64,000 nucleotides of DNA from the human T2T-CHM13v2.0 reference genome, Homo sapiens, in the NCBI GenBank assembly GCA_009914755.4, contig CP068257.2, positions 15,616,001 to 15,680,000 on the forward strand. Direction: 5' to 3'. The notes under the pieces were generated by a model. The model had not been told where the DNA came from. It did not search any database and was given only the letters and a program-made list of their open reading frames with translations. Numbering within the stretch: position 1 is the stretch's first letter; each line of letters begins with the position of its first letter. This document shows positions 1 to 16,399 of this stretch, in pieces. The position numbers were made by a program, and so were the translations under genes.

Positions 1-3000
1 TTATTAAACTTTGAAAAGTACTGTTTTAAATGATCTTGAAAATAACTTATAATCTTAAAAATGCATGAGCTAAAATGTGTGTGTTTTAATGAAATCAGGG
101 GTATATTATTATTCAAAGTAATTCCAGTGTGAATCTTTTCAAAGTGAAGAATCTCTTTTAAAAACAAATTATCTCCCATCTATTTTGGATATTAATAGGG
201 ATTTGTTTGTACATGGACTTCCTATTGTATAAGATGAGGTCAATATAGGAATCATGGAAGCAAGAGTGTGAAGAAATAAAATGCCTTCAAAAGAATACAT
301 TGAACAAGCAATACATAAATTGCTTTTATTTAGAAATGCATTAGTTCAAAGATGATTTATACAGAATTTATTTTAATTCAGTAAGATGTTGGGTGAAATT
401 ACCTTTCACTATTTATAAACAAAGATAACTCTATATTAATTCCAAATAAAAAATTTTCATTCTTAGAGAAAAGCATTATTTTACAAATTTTCAGGTCTCT
501 ATTTACACACAAGTAATTGCTATGTAAGCAAGAGCAAGTATTGTTGTTTGTACACTCTACTAATTGCAAATGATTCTTAGCTAGTAATTAAAGTAACTTT
601 AAAAAGACAACATTTGGTTTACTTGGTTTGCCTGGCTGTGCACATAAAAATAATCAAACCGTCTTTAAAGCCAGAAGACTATCCATGAATTTAGAGAAGT
701 CTAAATTAGGCTGCTTTGCTAAATTTTAACTGATTACTCATTTAATATCTGTATCTTTTCTTCCCCTAAGGTCCTTTTAAAGTACTTAAGGACTATATTA
801 TTTCTAGTTTATTGACTTTTAAAACTCTAAACTAAATAGAGAGTATGACATTTCTGTCAAATCTAAATCAATATCTTGCATATAACACCAGTGTCTTAAC
901 CTATATGTGCAACATTTTGTTTTGTAGAGTAAAAATCTTTATGGCTTTAAACATCAATTTTATTACTTTTAAGTCCACATTGCCTGGTAGGTGTCCTCTG
1001 ATCATCATCCTTCCAAGAATAACCCCATTTTTAGTTGCTATTTCCTATCTGCAATAAGAAGCTTTTGTGCATATTTTGAAAACTTTGCCTAAAATTAAAA
1101 TGTACCCAAATTGAAACCAGTGTTTATAGTGTAATACATATCTCTTTTTAGCATTACAATGAAAATGCTTTTTTACACATGCCTGAAATTTCAACAGCTA
1201 CTACGGTATTTTCCCTATCTTCCTTAAAAAAAATTATCATTCAAAATAATTCCAATTTATTTTGGGTATGAATAGAGATTTTCAATTTAGAAAATGAGTA
1301 ATTTTATTGTTACGACTGTTATAGCCCCATGAAAACTATATTTTGCCAATTTCTATTGGCCTGTGTCATTTTATCACATTTAAAATCTATAATCACACTA
1401 GCAAATATAATTTTGCCTGACTTTTTAGACAGTCTCTAAACTTAAAAGTTTTCCAACAGTATGACACACAACTTTAGGGGCACATGCAGCATATGCTTTT
1501 ATTGCATGTAAGTCCTTGGACTTTTATATTTATTTCATGTATTTTAAATATTTCTTGAAATCAAGAGCGTTAATATTATTAGTAACAAACATCTGTGGTC
1601 ATTTTCTTCCATTTGTCACATAGCTAATACAGAGTATATAGTATTACTTTTGAGTGGCCTTATGTAACATCTCCTTTCTAAATTCCTGAAAGTAAGTTAC
1701 GACCAGAATTACATACTAAAAAGAGTCAAAGAATACATTACCTACTTCTATAAATGGATAATTTTATAGTAATCTAAATAAAAATGAGACCAGAATAAAT
1801 ATTTTTCTAGCCTTCTCTGGAATGCTAAGCAGTGTTGGGGAGGGAGTTAATAAGAAAGAGAGTTAAAAGTAAACAGTGCTTGTAGTTTAACAGTTGTCTC
1901 TTAGGGCACTGTTTTATGAAGATCTTTCAGAAAAGAAATTTTCTTCAGATTGCTTATGCTGTGTAAATATTACCTCAGATAAGGGCCACATTTTGGGTAA
2001 ATAAGTCTGCATAAACATAAGACTGCTTTATGTTGGTATCCTTAGTTTTTCTGTATTAATTCAAAATTCAAACCACAATTCCCCATAACACACTCTATAA
2101 AATGGTATTCATGACTTCATACAGCGAGGATGATGTTTTCCTTTATAAATGCCACATTAAATCTGTATATTTTTAAATGGAAAAATTGTGAGAATACCAA
2201 CATAACCACAGGTTGCCCTCCATCCTCTGTCCAATAAATTCTAACTTTACGTTTTTACTATCTGACAGAAATACTTTACAGTCTTGAGGGGGGGAAAGAC
2301 TGCCTTTTTTCTTGTACATTGTCTGTGTGACTTTCTGTTGAGAATGTATTATGTATCAAGGACATTAAAATTTATATCTGCATAGGACAAGTTTAGAGAG
2401 TATATTTTCTCCAAAAATAATACTAGGAAAACTTAAAAGAGAATTTTACCACATAGAAAGAAAACATGAAAATAAACTTTTGAAATATATGTGTAATTAC
2501 CAAAAATATGCTGGAAACAACTAATCTTCTGCTGGAAAAAAAACAAATAACAATAAATTATATCTATTTTAAATTGACTCTGAATGTTATAGTCACGAAC
2601 AAGAGTTTAGCAAACCTAGAAGGTTAAATCTTGATTTATATATGTTTTTATGTTAAAATATGTTTTTCAATTACCAAAATTAGTAACTGTTACCAAAATA
2701 TAGGAATTCATTTACATAGCTATAAAAATATTACATTTAACTTAATATTGAAGTATTAAAAACAGTAGATAATCATGCTCAGACTTATTAAGAGGAAGAA
2801 AACCCTTTGTTGCCATTACATAGTTGACAACAAAATATCAGTGGAAGATTTTCTTCTTAAATAAAGCTAAGGAGAGCAAATAGCTAATATTGCAACTCTT
2901 ATCTAGTCTCAGGTTATATTGGTAGTAGCTCCTTAAGCTGACTGACTTATACTCTGAAATACATTTATTTAAAAAGGACTGGGCCCTCTGTTGAATATAC

Positions 3001-4441
3001 AATTCAATTTTAGTTTCGACTTCATTAGCTGAGGTAAATTATCACATTGGCATCCCATAATATCATTTCACTTTACTTAGAAGTCTTCTAGATCTTTCCA
3101 TTCCATATAGTTAGTTCTGTCTCTCCTCTTTTCTTTTTTTTATAATTATTTTGGATGAACATTTGGGGAGGTAGAAATATTTCATACGCACACATTATAT
3201 CCTATACACATTTAAGAGACTAAGTGTCTGGCTTTCTGGCTCCCAAGATGATATCTAGAAAAATTAATAGAAATTAAATCTATGCCCTACCCAGTAGACT
3301 ATTAGAAGCTCTTTCCTACCGCTGTGTCCTACATAAAACACCTCATACTCCAGACTGTGAGGTCTGAAAACACAGAAAAGCAAAAACCGTGTTCAGCAAT
3401 GAAAAGAACATGATTTGTCACGTGGCAGGGATTTCCCCACTGACCAATTAAAATAAGAAGCCCCATCTTCTCTTCTTTAACTAGAGGATAGTCATAACAA
3501 AGGATTTTTTTTTAGTAGGCGATAAAATAGAGAGAAACTGATGAGCATCTTCAAGGCTTCTCAGGGACATTAAACATCCCCCTAACAAAGACTAGAGAGA
3601 AGAAACACACTGGTATGCTTCATGTTCTTTTGGAATATTTGGGTATCTTAGAGAGACACTAACAATTTTGTCCTATGAGATCACAGTAAAAAACTATATA
3701 TTCAGCCATTTCAAACTCACTTTAGAAAAGAAAAAAGTATACAAAATGCATAGCTGATTATAGCTGTCATTTCTATTCTTTTGTATATATCACATGACAC
3801 CAATGTCAAAAATTAATTATAAAAGTAGTTACAAGTAGTTACTTTTATAATTATACAGCTAAAAATGAATATAAGTTATATTTTTACTCATGGTTTTGGT
3901 GTTGTCAAAGCTCATATTTCAGCATAATCCTTTATTTGCTGTTGAGTTGTGGAGTTTATTTGGTTTTTAAGTGCAATTTATTTTTTCTTTATTTGTACAT
4001 TAATTATTGAAAAAAACAAGAAGAATATTAAATAAAACCAACATACATGGAGATATATCCTGTAGTAGAATGCTTTCTTTGGCTTTCATGATTAAAATGT
4101 TAATGAAGTGGACAAGCAGTTCTTTAATAATATGAAGCAATAAACATAAGGGAAGAAGAAGGTAAAAAAATAAAATGATGTGACTCACCCATGTCAAATA
4201 TTGCATACCCATCACCAAATCTAAAAACTATTCACGTAGGTATATTGTAGTCCATGTCTTTAACATCAATTACAACCCCCCCTTTCCTCAAGATTAGCCA
4301 CAGGACAAATTAGAAGCTGCTCTGTGGATGCTGCTTCTCTTTAAAAACTGGTTTCCCTGAATCAATAATACTGAACTTGACCTAGTTAGAAAGTATGTTC
4401 ACAGAAATAACCCTCAGTCTTCACCTGTTAAAAGTGAAGAT

Positions 4442-4586
4442 TTATTGCTTGGGTGGCTGAGGCTAGAAGATCATTTGAGCCTAGGAGCTGGAGGATACAG
4501 TGCACTATGATCCCCCACCTGTGAATAGCCACTGCACTCCAGCCTGGGCAATATAACAAGACCCCATCTCTTAAAAAAAAAAAAAG
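4442..4586 (+). mobile_element. 5'-truncated Alu, right-arm portion with poly(A)
   Basis: Sequence '...gatcatttgagcctaggagctggaggatacagtgcactatgatc...cactgcactccagcctgggcaatataacaagaccccatctcttaaaaaaaaaaaa' matches the Alu 3' half. It is flanked by direct repeats 'taaaagtgaag[a/g]tttattg' at about 4423-4441 and about 4599-4617. Confidence 0.8.
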
Positions 4587-7500
4587 TTTTTAATTAAAAA
4601 GTGAAGGTTTATTGACATTGTGACAACATGGATAATACAGATTAAGTCAGCAAACCATAAAGATTTTCCAGTGTGCCTAATGTCTAAAATTATAATTTAG
4701 TTATCATTTAGTAGTTCCATTAAATTATTTTCTATACAGGTAATCACGTATTTGATTTCTTTTCCAATATAGGCAATTTTAAACTCAGAGAGCTGGAACT
4801 AATAAAACCTAGGGAATGGAAATCTAAATTATAAACCATTCTTTTACAGATTCCATGATTAACCTTTGAAAAAATTAAGCCCAACCTCCAAACACAGACT
4901 ATATAAAAATTATTTATAATTTGCAGGTATTAGTGGCTTAATACAGCATATATTTGCTATCAGCTTTTGCATTTTAAAAGAAAAATTAAAGACAAAAATC
5001 TTAATACAAAGTAATAAACTACTAATCATAAAATTCTCTCCTATATTCTTTTAGAACACAATGAAAGGAAATTATTTGCTTTTTATGAGAAACTGATATA
5101 CTTTCTCTCCATAGATGATGAAAATAACTTTCTTTGACTACCAAGAAATATATAATCAAATTTGTAGACCACTTTTAATTTTTTAAAAAAATCCTGGATC
5201 TGTATTTTTTACCTTCCTGACCTCTTACTATAATTTATCTTTTCTCTGGTCCTGAATCTCTGTAAGCTGACTTGCTTTCAGGGGAATGACACTGTGCACA
5301 TAATACAGCATCACCTGGGTCTTCCAAGATTTGGTCTCCACCATCACCTCACCACCACCCTGTCCCACCTGTCCACAAACAGTTTGGAAGTTTCCTCTTT
5401 TCAGCTTTCCTCTTTCCAAACTTAAGCTTCCGTATGTACAATGTAGCTCTCTCCTACTTAAAGAAAAATAAATTCAGAGTGATCCTCCTAAAGTTGTGAA
5501 ATAAGATCAGTCTGTAGTTTTTCCATCTGTCCTCCGTTGAGTCCTCCTGGTCAGGCTCCCAGGACCTCCAACATGTGAGATTTGTGCCTCTACTTGACCC
5601 TTGGCATCGAACCAAGCCAAATTCCTCTTCAGATGTAGATGGGCAATGTTTTCTAATTTACACAGGGCTTGTACCTTACCCCATTTACTCAAATAAATAA
5701 TAACACTTAAATTTTCTACATTACATGCACACGTTTCTCAAAAAAATTATCTACGGAATTTATCTTAATTGTATTTATTTTAAATATTTCTGGGAAAGCA
5801 TTCCTAGGGAAGACTTCTTAGTTCCATTTATTGTCAAAGAGGAAATGGAGTGGGGCCTTTTATTTTTTGTGTGTGTTAAATATAGAGTATTAATTGGTAT
5901 AAATATTCCGGGTAGAATTTCTAAATAAATTCAAAACATGCTTTGTTTTTAGAAAAGATACATATTAATGCCCTAAACCTAAACTAAAACTAAACCAGAT
6001 GAAATGCTGTGTCTTAACGCAAGTCAGGCACCATTTACTTGCCTCCCAAAGTTTCCAGTCAATCTACCTTCAAGTTGCACAGTGCTTTCCATTCAGCAGG
6101 AATGGCTGCTGTTCTAAATGCTGAAGATTTTTATTTTCTCATTTATATCCTTTTAACAAGTAATTAATGGGTTTAAATACCTTCCTGCATGATTACAATT
6201 TTCTCTTATTAGCTTTTAGCTGTGTGTGATATTCAACATCCATTCCTCTTTGTTTTTAGAAAGTACTTTTTAAAAATCTGAAGTTTAAACACAGGGTATA
6301 AAATTTCTATTTGTTTTATATTTCCATAACATCAAATAATAATCTCTCTAAACTTGTATTTTGAAATACAAAATACTTCCTTCTTCCTCTGGATCAACAA
6401 AATGGGTTTAATTAATCTTATGCCCTTATTTAAGGTTTTAGGAAATAATAATCGCCATTCTTTAGCAGGCAAAAATTATGGATACAGTAGTTACAATAAA
6501 TTAACTCAAATGATCTCACAAATGAAAAAATTTTCCCGGTTAAGAGTGTAAAAACTCTACTGTCCTAAATTGTCTCCCAGTCACACTACTGTTACTTAAA
6601 CAACATATCTCAGTAAAAGTACAGACGTCATTTCACATTTGTCAACTCACTAATTTAATAACCACATGAAAAGGCAATAGAATTATAAAACATGTCATTT
6701 TTCCAATACTCTAATGAAATTTTTCATGTATATGAAAATTCACTTACTTGATTATGCATTTTCATTACTATTACTTTGAAAATTTATCAAAACAAAAGGA
6801 GTTGTATCGTAGCCAAAAAGACTTTTTAAATATAAAATTTGGTCTAAGTAAGATAATATTTTATAATAACATGAACTACGAAACTACAACTATATATATG
6901 AAAAAATATTGATTTTGGTAAAAACTTTCCAGCTTGATCCAAAAAATTTTTTATTTTTAAAACAATCTATATCTAGTTACTTATCAACTGATTTCCAGTT
7001 GTTCAACTGACTATAAACTGCTTTTTGTTTACAAAAATAAATTATGGTAACAATTTAAGTACTAAAATATTTGAGGTTTTTCTTTAAGGTTAATGTAAAT
7101 TTAGTGCTGACATTTTAAAAATTACTATTAAGATGGCCATTGATTACAATGATTAGTGAATATAATCAAAATCATGAAACCAAATTATTTAAGTGGACAA
7201 GCTGCTGAAGCAATCATATTCATTTAGAGGTGAGAAAGTGCAAGTTGTCTTTTTAACTGAAATCACAGTAAAATCAAGAAAAAAAAGAAACTCCCATTCA
7301 CATTCTAAGTAAAATTACATGACCAAAAAAAGTTATTTGCATATATAAAAATGCTTTCAAACTAAGGTGGATGTGTGCATAGAAATCCCTATGAAGAACC
7401 CAGATTTTGTTTCTGGGAAAAGTTAGCACATTCTCCTGGCAAATCTTTCAGAGTCTATCATTAAATTACCAGCTATAGAGAAGGCTTTTACCAAGATAGC

Positions 7501-8017
7501 TAAATTTCTAGTTGATAACTTTAAGATTTGTTTAAAAAAATAACTTCAGTATTGCAAATAATAAGAATTAATTTTTCTTTCTACAGACTAAAAGGTTTTG
7601 TTATACTCCCAAATCTGTGCCATCTTCTGCCTGACACACTATTTAGAGCTGCTCTTTTGTGTTAGTTGTTTTTCAAACTTCACTAGATGATCTCAGGAAC
7701 CTCTAGGGATTTAAATCATCATGAACAAATGATAGCGTCAGACTGATACGCTATTAAAGCAAAAGATAACTTACATTCGTAACACTAGTTATAAATAATA
7801 ATAGGACATTAGAGAGTTTTATTAGAAGAAAAATTGCCTGAAAAACTTCCTCCTATTAGGTTAACCTTCTAGAATTTCTCAAACAAACCAAATTATTTCT
7901 GCAAAATCAAAGTCAATACCTGAGTCTGTTTATAAAAATCACCAATTCACAATGCAACTATTTTTTTCTTTTCATTTAACATTTTTAAATGATTTCTTGT
8001 CTTCTTTTGTGTTTTAG

Positions 8018-8126
8018 CTGAATTTGTGTGCAGCACATTGTTGCTCCAGCTTAAAAACCTCCTGTGTGGTAAATGCTTGGCAGCCCTGGGGAAGGCAATG
8101 AACACGGTGAAATTCAGTGCAGTGTG
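8018..8126 (+). other. Candidate internal exon, 109 bp, of an unidentified host gene
   Basis: A long pyrimidine tract plus AG ('ttcttgtcttcttttgtgttttag|CTG') precedes it. A GTAAGA donor follows it ('agtgtg|gtaagac'). One frame is fully open (EFVCSTLLLQLKNLLCGKCLAALGKAMNTVKFSAV). GC content is about 48%, against about 30% in the flanks. No repeat family recognised. Confidence 0.3.
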
Positions 8127-10059
8127 GTAAGACAAGGAGAGCATGAATAATATTTGGAGATCTAGCACACCTTAGTGGAAACAATTATTATTACAACTGC
8201 TTTGAAGACATTTGAATTTTAAACTCCATTGTTTGTGAAATTCTATTTTGACTAAATAGAGGGACTTTGTTCAGGCTTTTGTTGTCTTTAGCATGATGTG
8301 TTTCTTTCCTAAACTCCCCACAGATAAGAAGATAAATTTGATCATGAATTTCTAAAAGTAGAAATCATAGGTTTTTTAGAATTAGCATAAAATTATTGTA
8401 CAACCCTCCATGGGCTATCAAATTGGGAGCAATCCAATTTTATTTGCCATCATGGTCACATATAAAGTGTCAGATTATTCTTGTTAGATGATTATTGTAC
8501 ATTTAACTTAGAAAAGCTTCTCAGGTCTGCTCCTGAGATGCTTGAAAGACTTTTGGTTTAAATAGGTTGCATATGTTCTGCTGTTAATGGCTGACCGTTT
8601 TTATTTCATATTACTAAAATGTAATCAAGAAAAAGAGAGTAGAAAATACATCACAAATATTCAGTCTACTATCTAGACAATTTCAAAAGCTTTCAATTTT
8701 ATCTCCTGTTCCATTATCTTCAATTGTAGAGTTTGGATAGGAAAAGAATTCAAAAATAAATACAAAACATTCATTCCAATACATGAAGAAAATTAGCCCT
8801 GTTCATGTACATTTTCTAATATGGATATGTTTCTAAAAATCAGAATATAATATTTATGGAGTCATTAGTAAAATGCACTTGATTATCTAAGAATCTCAAC
8901 TGCTTGATGCTTGATCAAAAACTAGGTAGAAACTAAATCATGCCTATCAACAATTAAATATTTCTGAAAAGGGGACTTCCAAAATGGTAGAATAAGAAGC
9001 TCAGCAAATACTTCCCCTAAAAAGTGACAACAGGGGTGGAGCCAAGATGGCTGAATAGGAATAGCTCCAGTCTATAGCTCCCAGTGTGAGCGACACAGAA
9101 GATGGGTGATTTCTGCATTTCCAACTGAGGTACTGGGTTCATCTCACTGGGGAGTGTCAGACAGTGGGTGCAGGACAATGGAAGCAGTGCACTGAGTGTG
9201 AGCCAAAGCAGGGCAAGGCATCACCTCACCCGGGAAGCACAAGGGGTCAGAGAATTCCCTTTCCTAGTCAAAGAAAGGGGTGACAGATGGCACCTGGAAA
9301 ATCAGGTCACTCCCACCCTAATACCGCACCTTTCCAATGGTCTTAGCAAATGGCACACCAGGAGATTATATCCCACGCATGGCTTGGAGGGTCCTATGCC
9401 CATGGAGCCTCACTCATTGCTAGCACAGCAGGCTGAGATCAAACTGCAAGGTGGCAGTGAGGCTGGGGGAGGGGAGCCCACCATTGCTGAGGCTTGAGTA
9501 AGTAAACAAAGTGGCTGGAAAGCTCGAACTGGGTGGAGCCCACCGCAGCTCAAGCAGGCCTGCCTGCCTCTGTAGACTCCACCTCTGGGGGCAGGGCATA
9601 GCCAAACAAAAGGCAGCAGAAACCTCTGCAGACCTTAATGTCCCTGTCTGACAGCTTTGAAGAGAGTAGTGGTTCTCCCAGCACACAGCTGGAGATCTGA
9701 GAATGGACAGACTGCCTCCTCAAGTGGGTCCCTGACCCCCAAGTAGCCTAACTGGGAGGCATCCCCCAGTAGGGGCAGACTGACACCTCACACGGCCAGG
9801 TACTCCTCTGAGACAAAACTGCCAGAGGAACGATCAGGCAGCAACATTTGCTGCTCAGCAATATCCACTGTTCTGCACCCTCTGCTGCTGATACCCAGGC
9901 AAACAGGGTCTGGAGTGTACCTCCAGCAAACTCCAACAGACCTGCAACTGAGGGTCATGACTGTTAGAAGGAAAACTAACAAACAGAAAGAACATCCACA
10001 CCAAAACCCCATCTGTACATCACCATTATCAAAGACCAAAGGTAGATAAAACCACAAAG

Positions 10060-11188
10060 ATGGGGAAAAAACAGAGTAGAAAAACTGGAAACTCTAAAAA
10101 TCAGAGTGCCTCTCCTCCTCCAAAGGAATGCAGCACCTCACCAGCAATGGAACAAAGCTGTACGGAGAATGACATTGACGAGTTGAGAGAAGAAGGCTTC
10201 AGACGATCAAACTACTCTGAGCTAAAGGAGGAAGTTTGAACCCATGGCAAAGAAGTTAAAAACCTTGAAAAAAAATTAGATGAATGGCTAACTAGAATCA
10301 CCAATGCACAGAAGTCCTTAAAGGACCTGATGGAGCTGAAAACCAAGACACAAGCACAAGCCTCAGTAGCCGATTCAATCAACTGGAAGAAAGAGTATCA
10401 GTGATGGAAGATCAAATCAATGAAATGAAGCAAGAAGAGAAGTTTAGAGAACAAAGAATAAAAAGAAATGAACAAAGCCTCCAAGAAATATGGGACTATG
10501 TGAAAAGACCAAATCTACGTCTGATTGGTGTACCTGAAAGTGACAGGGAGCATGGAACCAAGTTGGAAAACACTCTTCAGGATATTATCCAGGAGAACTT
10601 CCCCAATCTAGCAACGTGGCCAACATTCAAATTCAGGAAATATGGAGAACACCACAAAGATACTTCTTGAGAAGAGCAACTCCAAGACACATAATTGTCA
10701 GATTCAACATATTTGAAATGAAGAAAAAAATGTTAAGGGCAGCCAGAGAGAAAGGTCGGGTTACCCACAAAGGGAAGCCCATCAGACTAACAGCTTATCT
10801 CTCAGCAGAAACTCTACAAGCCAGAAGAGAGTGGGGGCCAATATTCAACATTCTTAAAGAATTTTCAACCCAGAATTTCATATCCAGCCAAACTAAGCTT
10901 CATAAGTGAAGGAGAAATAAAATCCTTTACAGACAAGCAAATGCTGAGAGATTTTGTCACCACCAGGCCTGCTCTAAAAGAAAAGTTTTAGAAGGAAGCA
11001 CTGGAATTTCATGTCCAGCCAAACTAAGCTTCATAAGTGAAAGGGAAATAAAATCCTTTACAGACAAGCAAATGCTGAGAGATTTTGTCACCACCAGGCC
11101 TGCCCTAAAAGAAAAGTTCCTGAAGGAAGCACTAAACATGGAAAGGAACAACCGGTACCAGCCACTGCAAAAACATGCCAAATTTTAA
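10060..11188 (+). pseudogene. L1 ORF1 remnant with stops and a 131-bp tandem duplication
   Basis: It translates to L1 ORF1p-like peptides (…IWDYVKRPNLRLIGVPESD…). Blocks 10875-11005 and 11006-11136 are near-identical direct copies: 'atttcat[a/g]tccagccaaactaagcttcataagtgaa[g/a]g[a/g]gaaataaaatcctttacagacaagcaaatgctgagagattttgtcaccaccaggcctgc'. Confidence 0.85.
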
Positions 11189-11251
11189 AGACCATCAAGA
11201 CTAGGAAGAAACTGCATCAACCAATGAGCAAAATAACCAGCTAACATCATA

Positions 11252-15071
<3,820 letters not shown>

Positions 15072-16084
15072 ACAATGAGAACACGTGGACACAGGAAGGG
15101 GAACATCACACAGCAGGACCTGTTGTGGGGTGGGGGGAGGGGGAAGGGATAGCATTAGGAGATATACCTAATGTTAAATGAGGAGTTAATGGATGCAGCA
15201 CACCAGCATGGCACATGTATACATATGTAACAAACCTGCACATTGTGCAAATGTACCCTATAACTTAAAGTATAATTTTTAAAAAGTGACCACAAATCTA
15301 AAGAAAATTGTCAAAAACAACTATTTGAAGACTCCATAAATTGTCCAAAATCATGCAACAAATTGAGATGAATTTATTCAGGAAAAGCCTCCAGGAAGGA
15401 CAGTGGGAGTCTGGGGCATTTATATCGGGAGCTGCTCCCTTCCCCCACTACCTTCCAGCTTTGTTAGCATGGTAGATACTTGAAGGTAGGACAAGCTGTG
15501 AAAAATAGCAGCTTTGCTGTTGGAGGGGGGATCACTTAGTTTGAAGTGGAGCACCAAGCAACTCTATGTCCGGGGGCATTATTGAAAATAGTCGCAATCT
15601 CTGTGGCAAACAAATAGGGAAGGTCAACCACATAGCTATCCTAAGCTTGAGGTCCTAGCCAGAGCAAGCAACAAAGTGGCAAACTAGCTAGAAAATGAAC
15701 AAGAAGAGTGGGGAATGAGATGATATTATTGGGACTTGATAAGTTCCTCTCTGTCTCTGGAAATTTGGAAGGCTGCACAGATGCACATGTGTAGGAGAAA
15801 CCAGAAAGGGCCCTAGCCATCCATTCATCCCTGACTGAATATGAAATCTTGTGAATGCACAGAAGAAATGTGAGAGGTCCTAAAAGAAAGCAAAAGCTGA
15901 AACTGACTTGTGAACTGCCTGAATTTTGAATATGTTCCCAAACATACAGTCAAGTCAATGCAAAGAGGGTGAAAATATTACTGGGTCAAGGTAGTTGAGC
16001 ATGTTTCCTGAACAATCATTGGCTAACCACTAAGCTATGCTGTCACAAGGGTGAACCCCTAAGAGGCTACCGTTAAGAATGCTA

Positions 16085-16200
16085 AAAAGATTATTTAAAA
16101 AAAAAAAGAAAAGAAAAACTGAGTAGAAACATCAGAGAATGCATTCTGTCAAAAAAAAGAAAAAGAAAAAAGAAAGAAAGAAAGAAAGAAAACGAAAAAA
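16085..16200. repeat. A-rich / (GAAA)n simple repeat
   Basis: 'aaaaaaaaaagaaaagaaaaa...aaagaaaaagaaaaaagaaagaaagaaagaaagaaaacgaaaaaag'. Confidence 0.9.
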
Positions 16201-16399
16201 GACTCCACATGTTTGGTCCTGGAAAATTACTAAACACAGACACCAGCAACAACAATCTACAACAACAAAAAAAATCAGAATCCAGAGTTGCAACAATACA
16301 TTATGTGTAACTAGACATATGCCTAGTTATAAGAACAAAAAAAATACAGACATGTAAAGAAACAAGAAAAGGTGCCCCAAACAAATGGGGTGAAAAGGC

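Noticed and set aside
5200-5700. GC-richer block with minus-strand ORFs (5228-5419, 5507-5692), possibly an ancient LTR or MIR-type repeat.
   Set aside because: I could not match it to a family from memory, there are no terminal features or TSD, and the ORFs are short with no domain signal. Left unannotated.
7947-8168. Minus-strand 73-aa ORF overlapping the candidate exon.
   Set aside because: It has no splice-site or composition support on the minus strand. The plus-strand reading has canonical acceptor and donor sites. It is likely a chance antisense ORF.
9168-10057. ORFs 9168-9497 (+), 9420-9686 (-) and 9788-10057 (-) upstream of L1 ORF1.
   Set aside because: They lie in the L1 5'UTR. 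This GC-richer UTR commonly throws up spurious ORFs (the minus-strand ones overlap the antisense-promoter region), and I saw no conserved protein signal.
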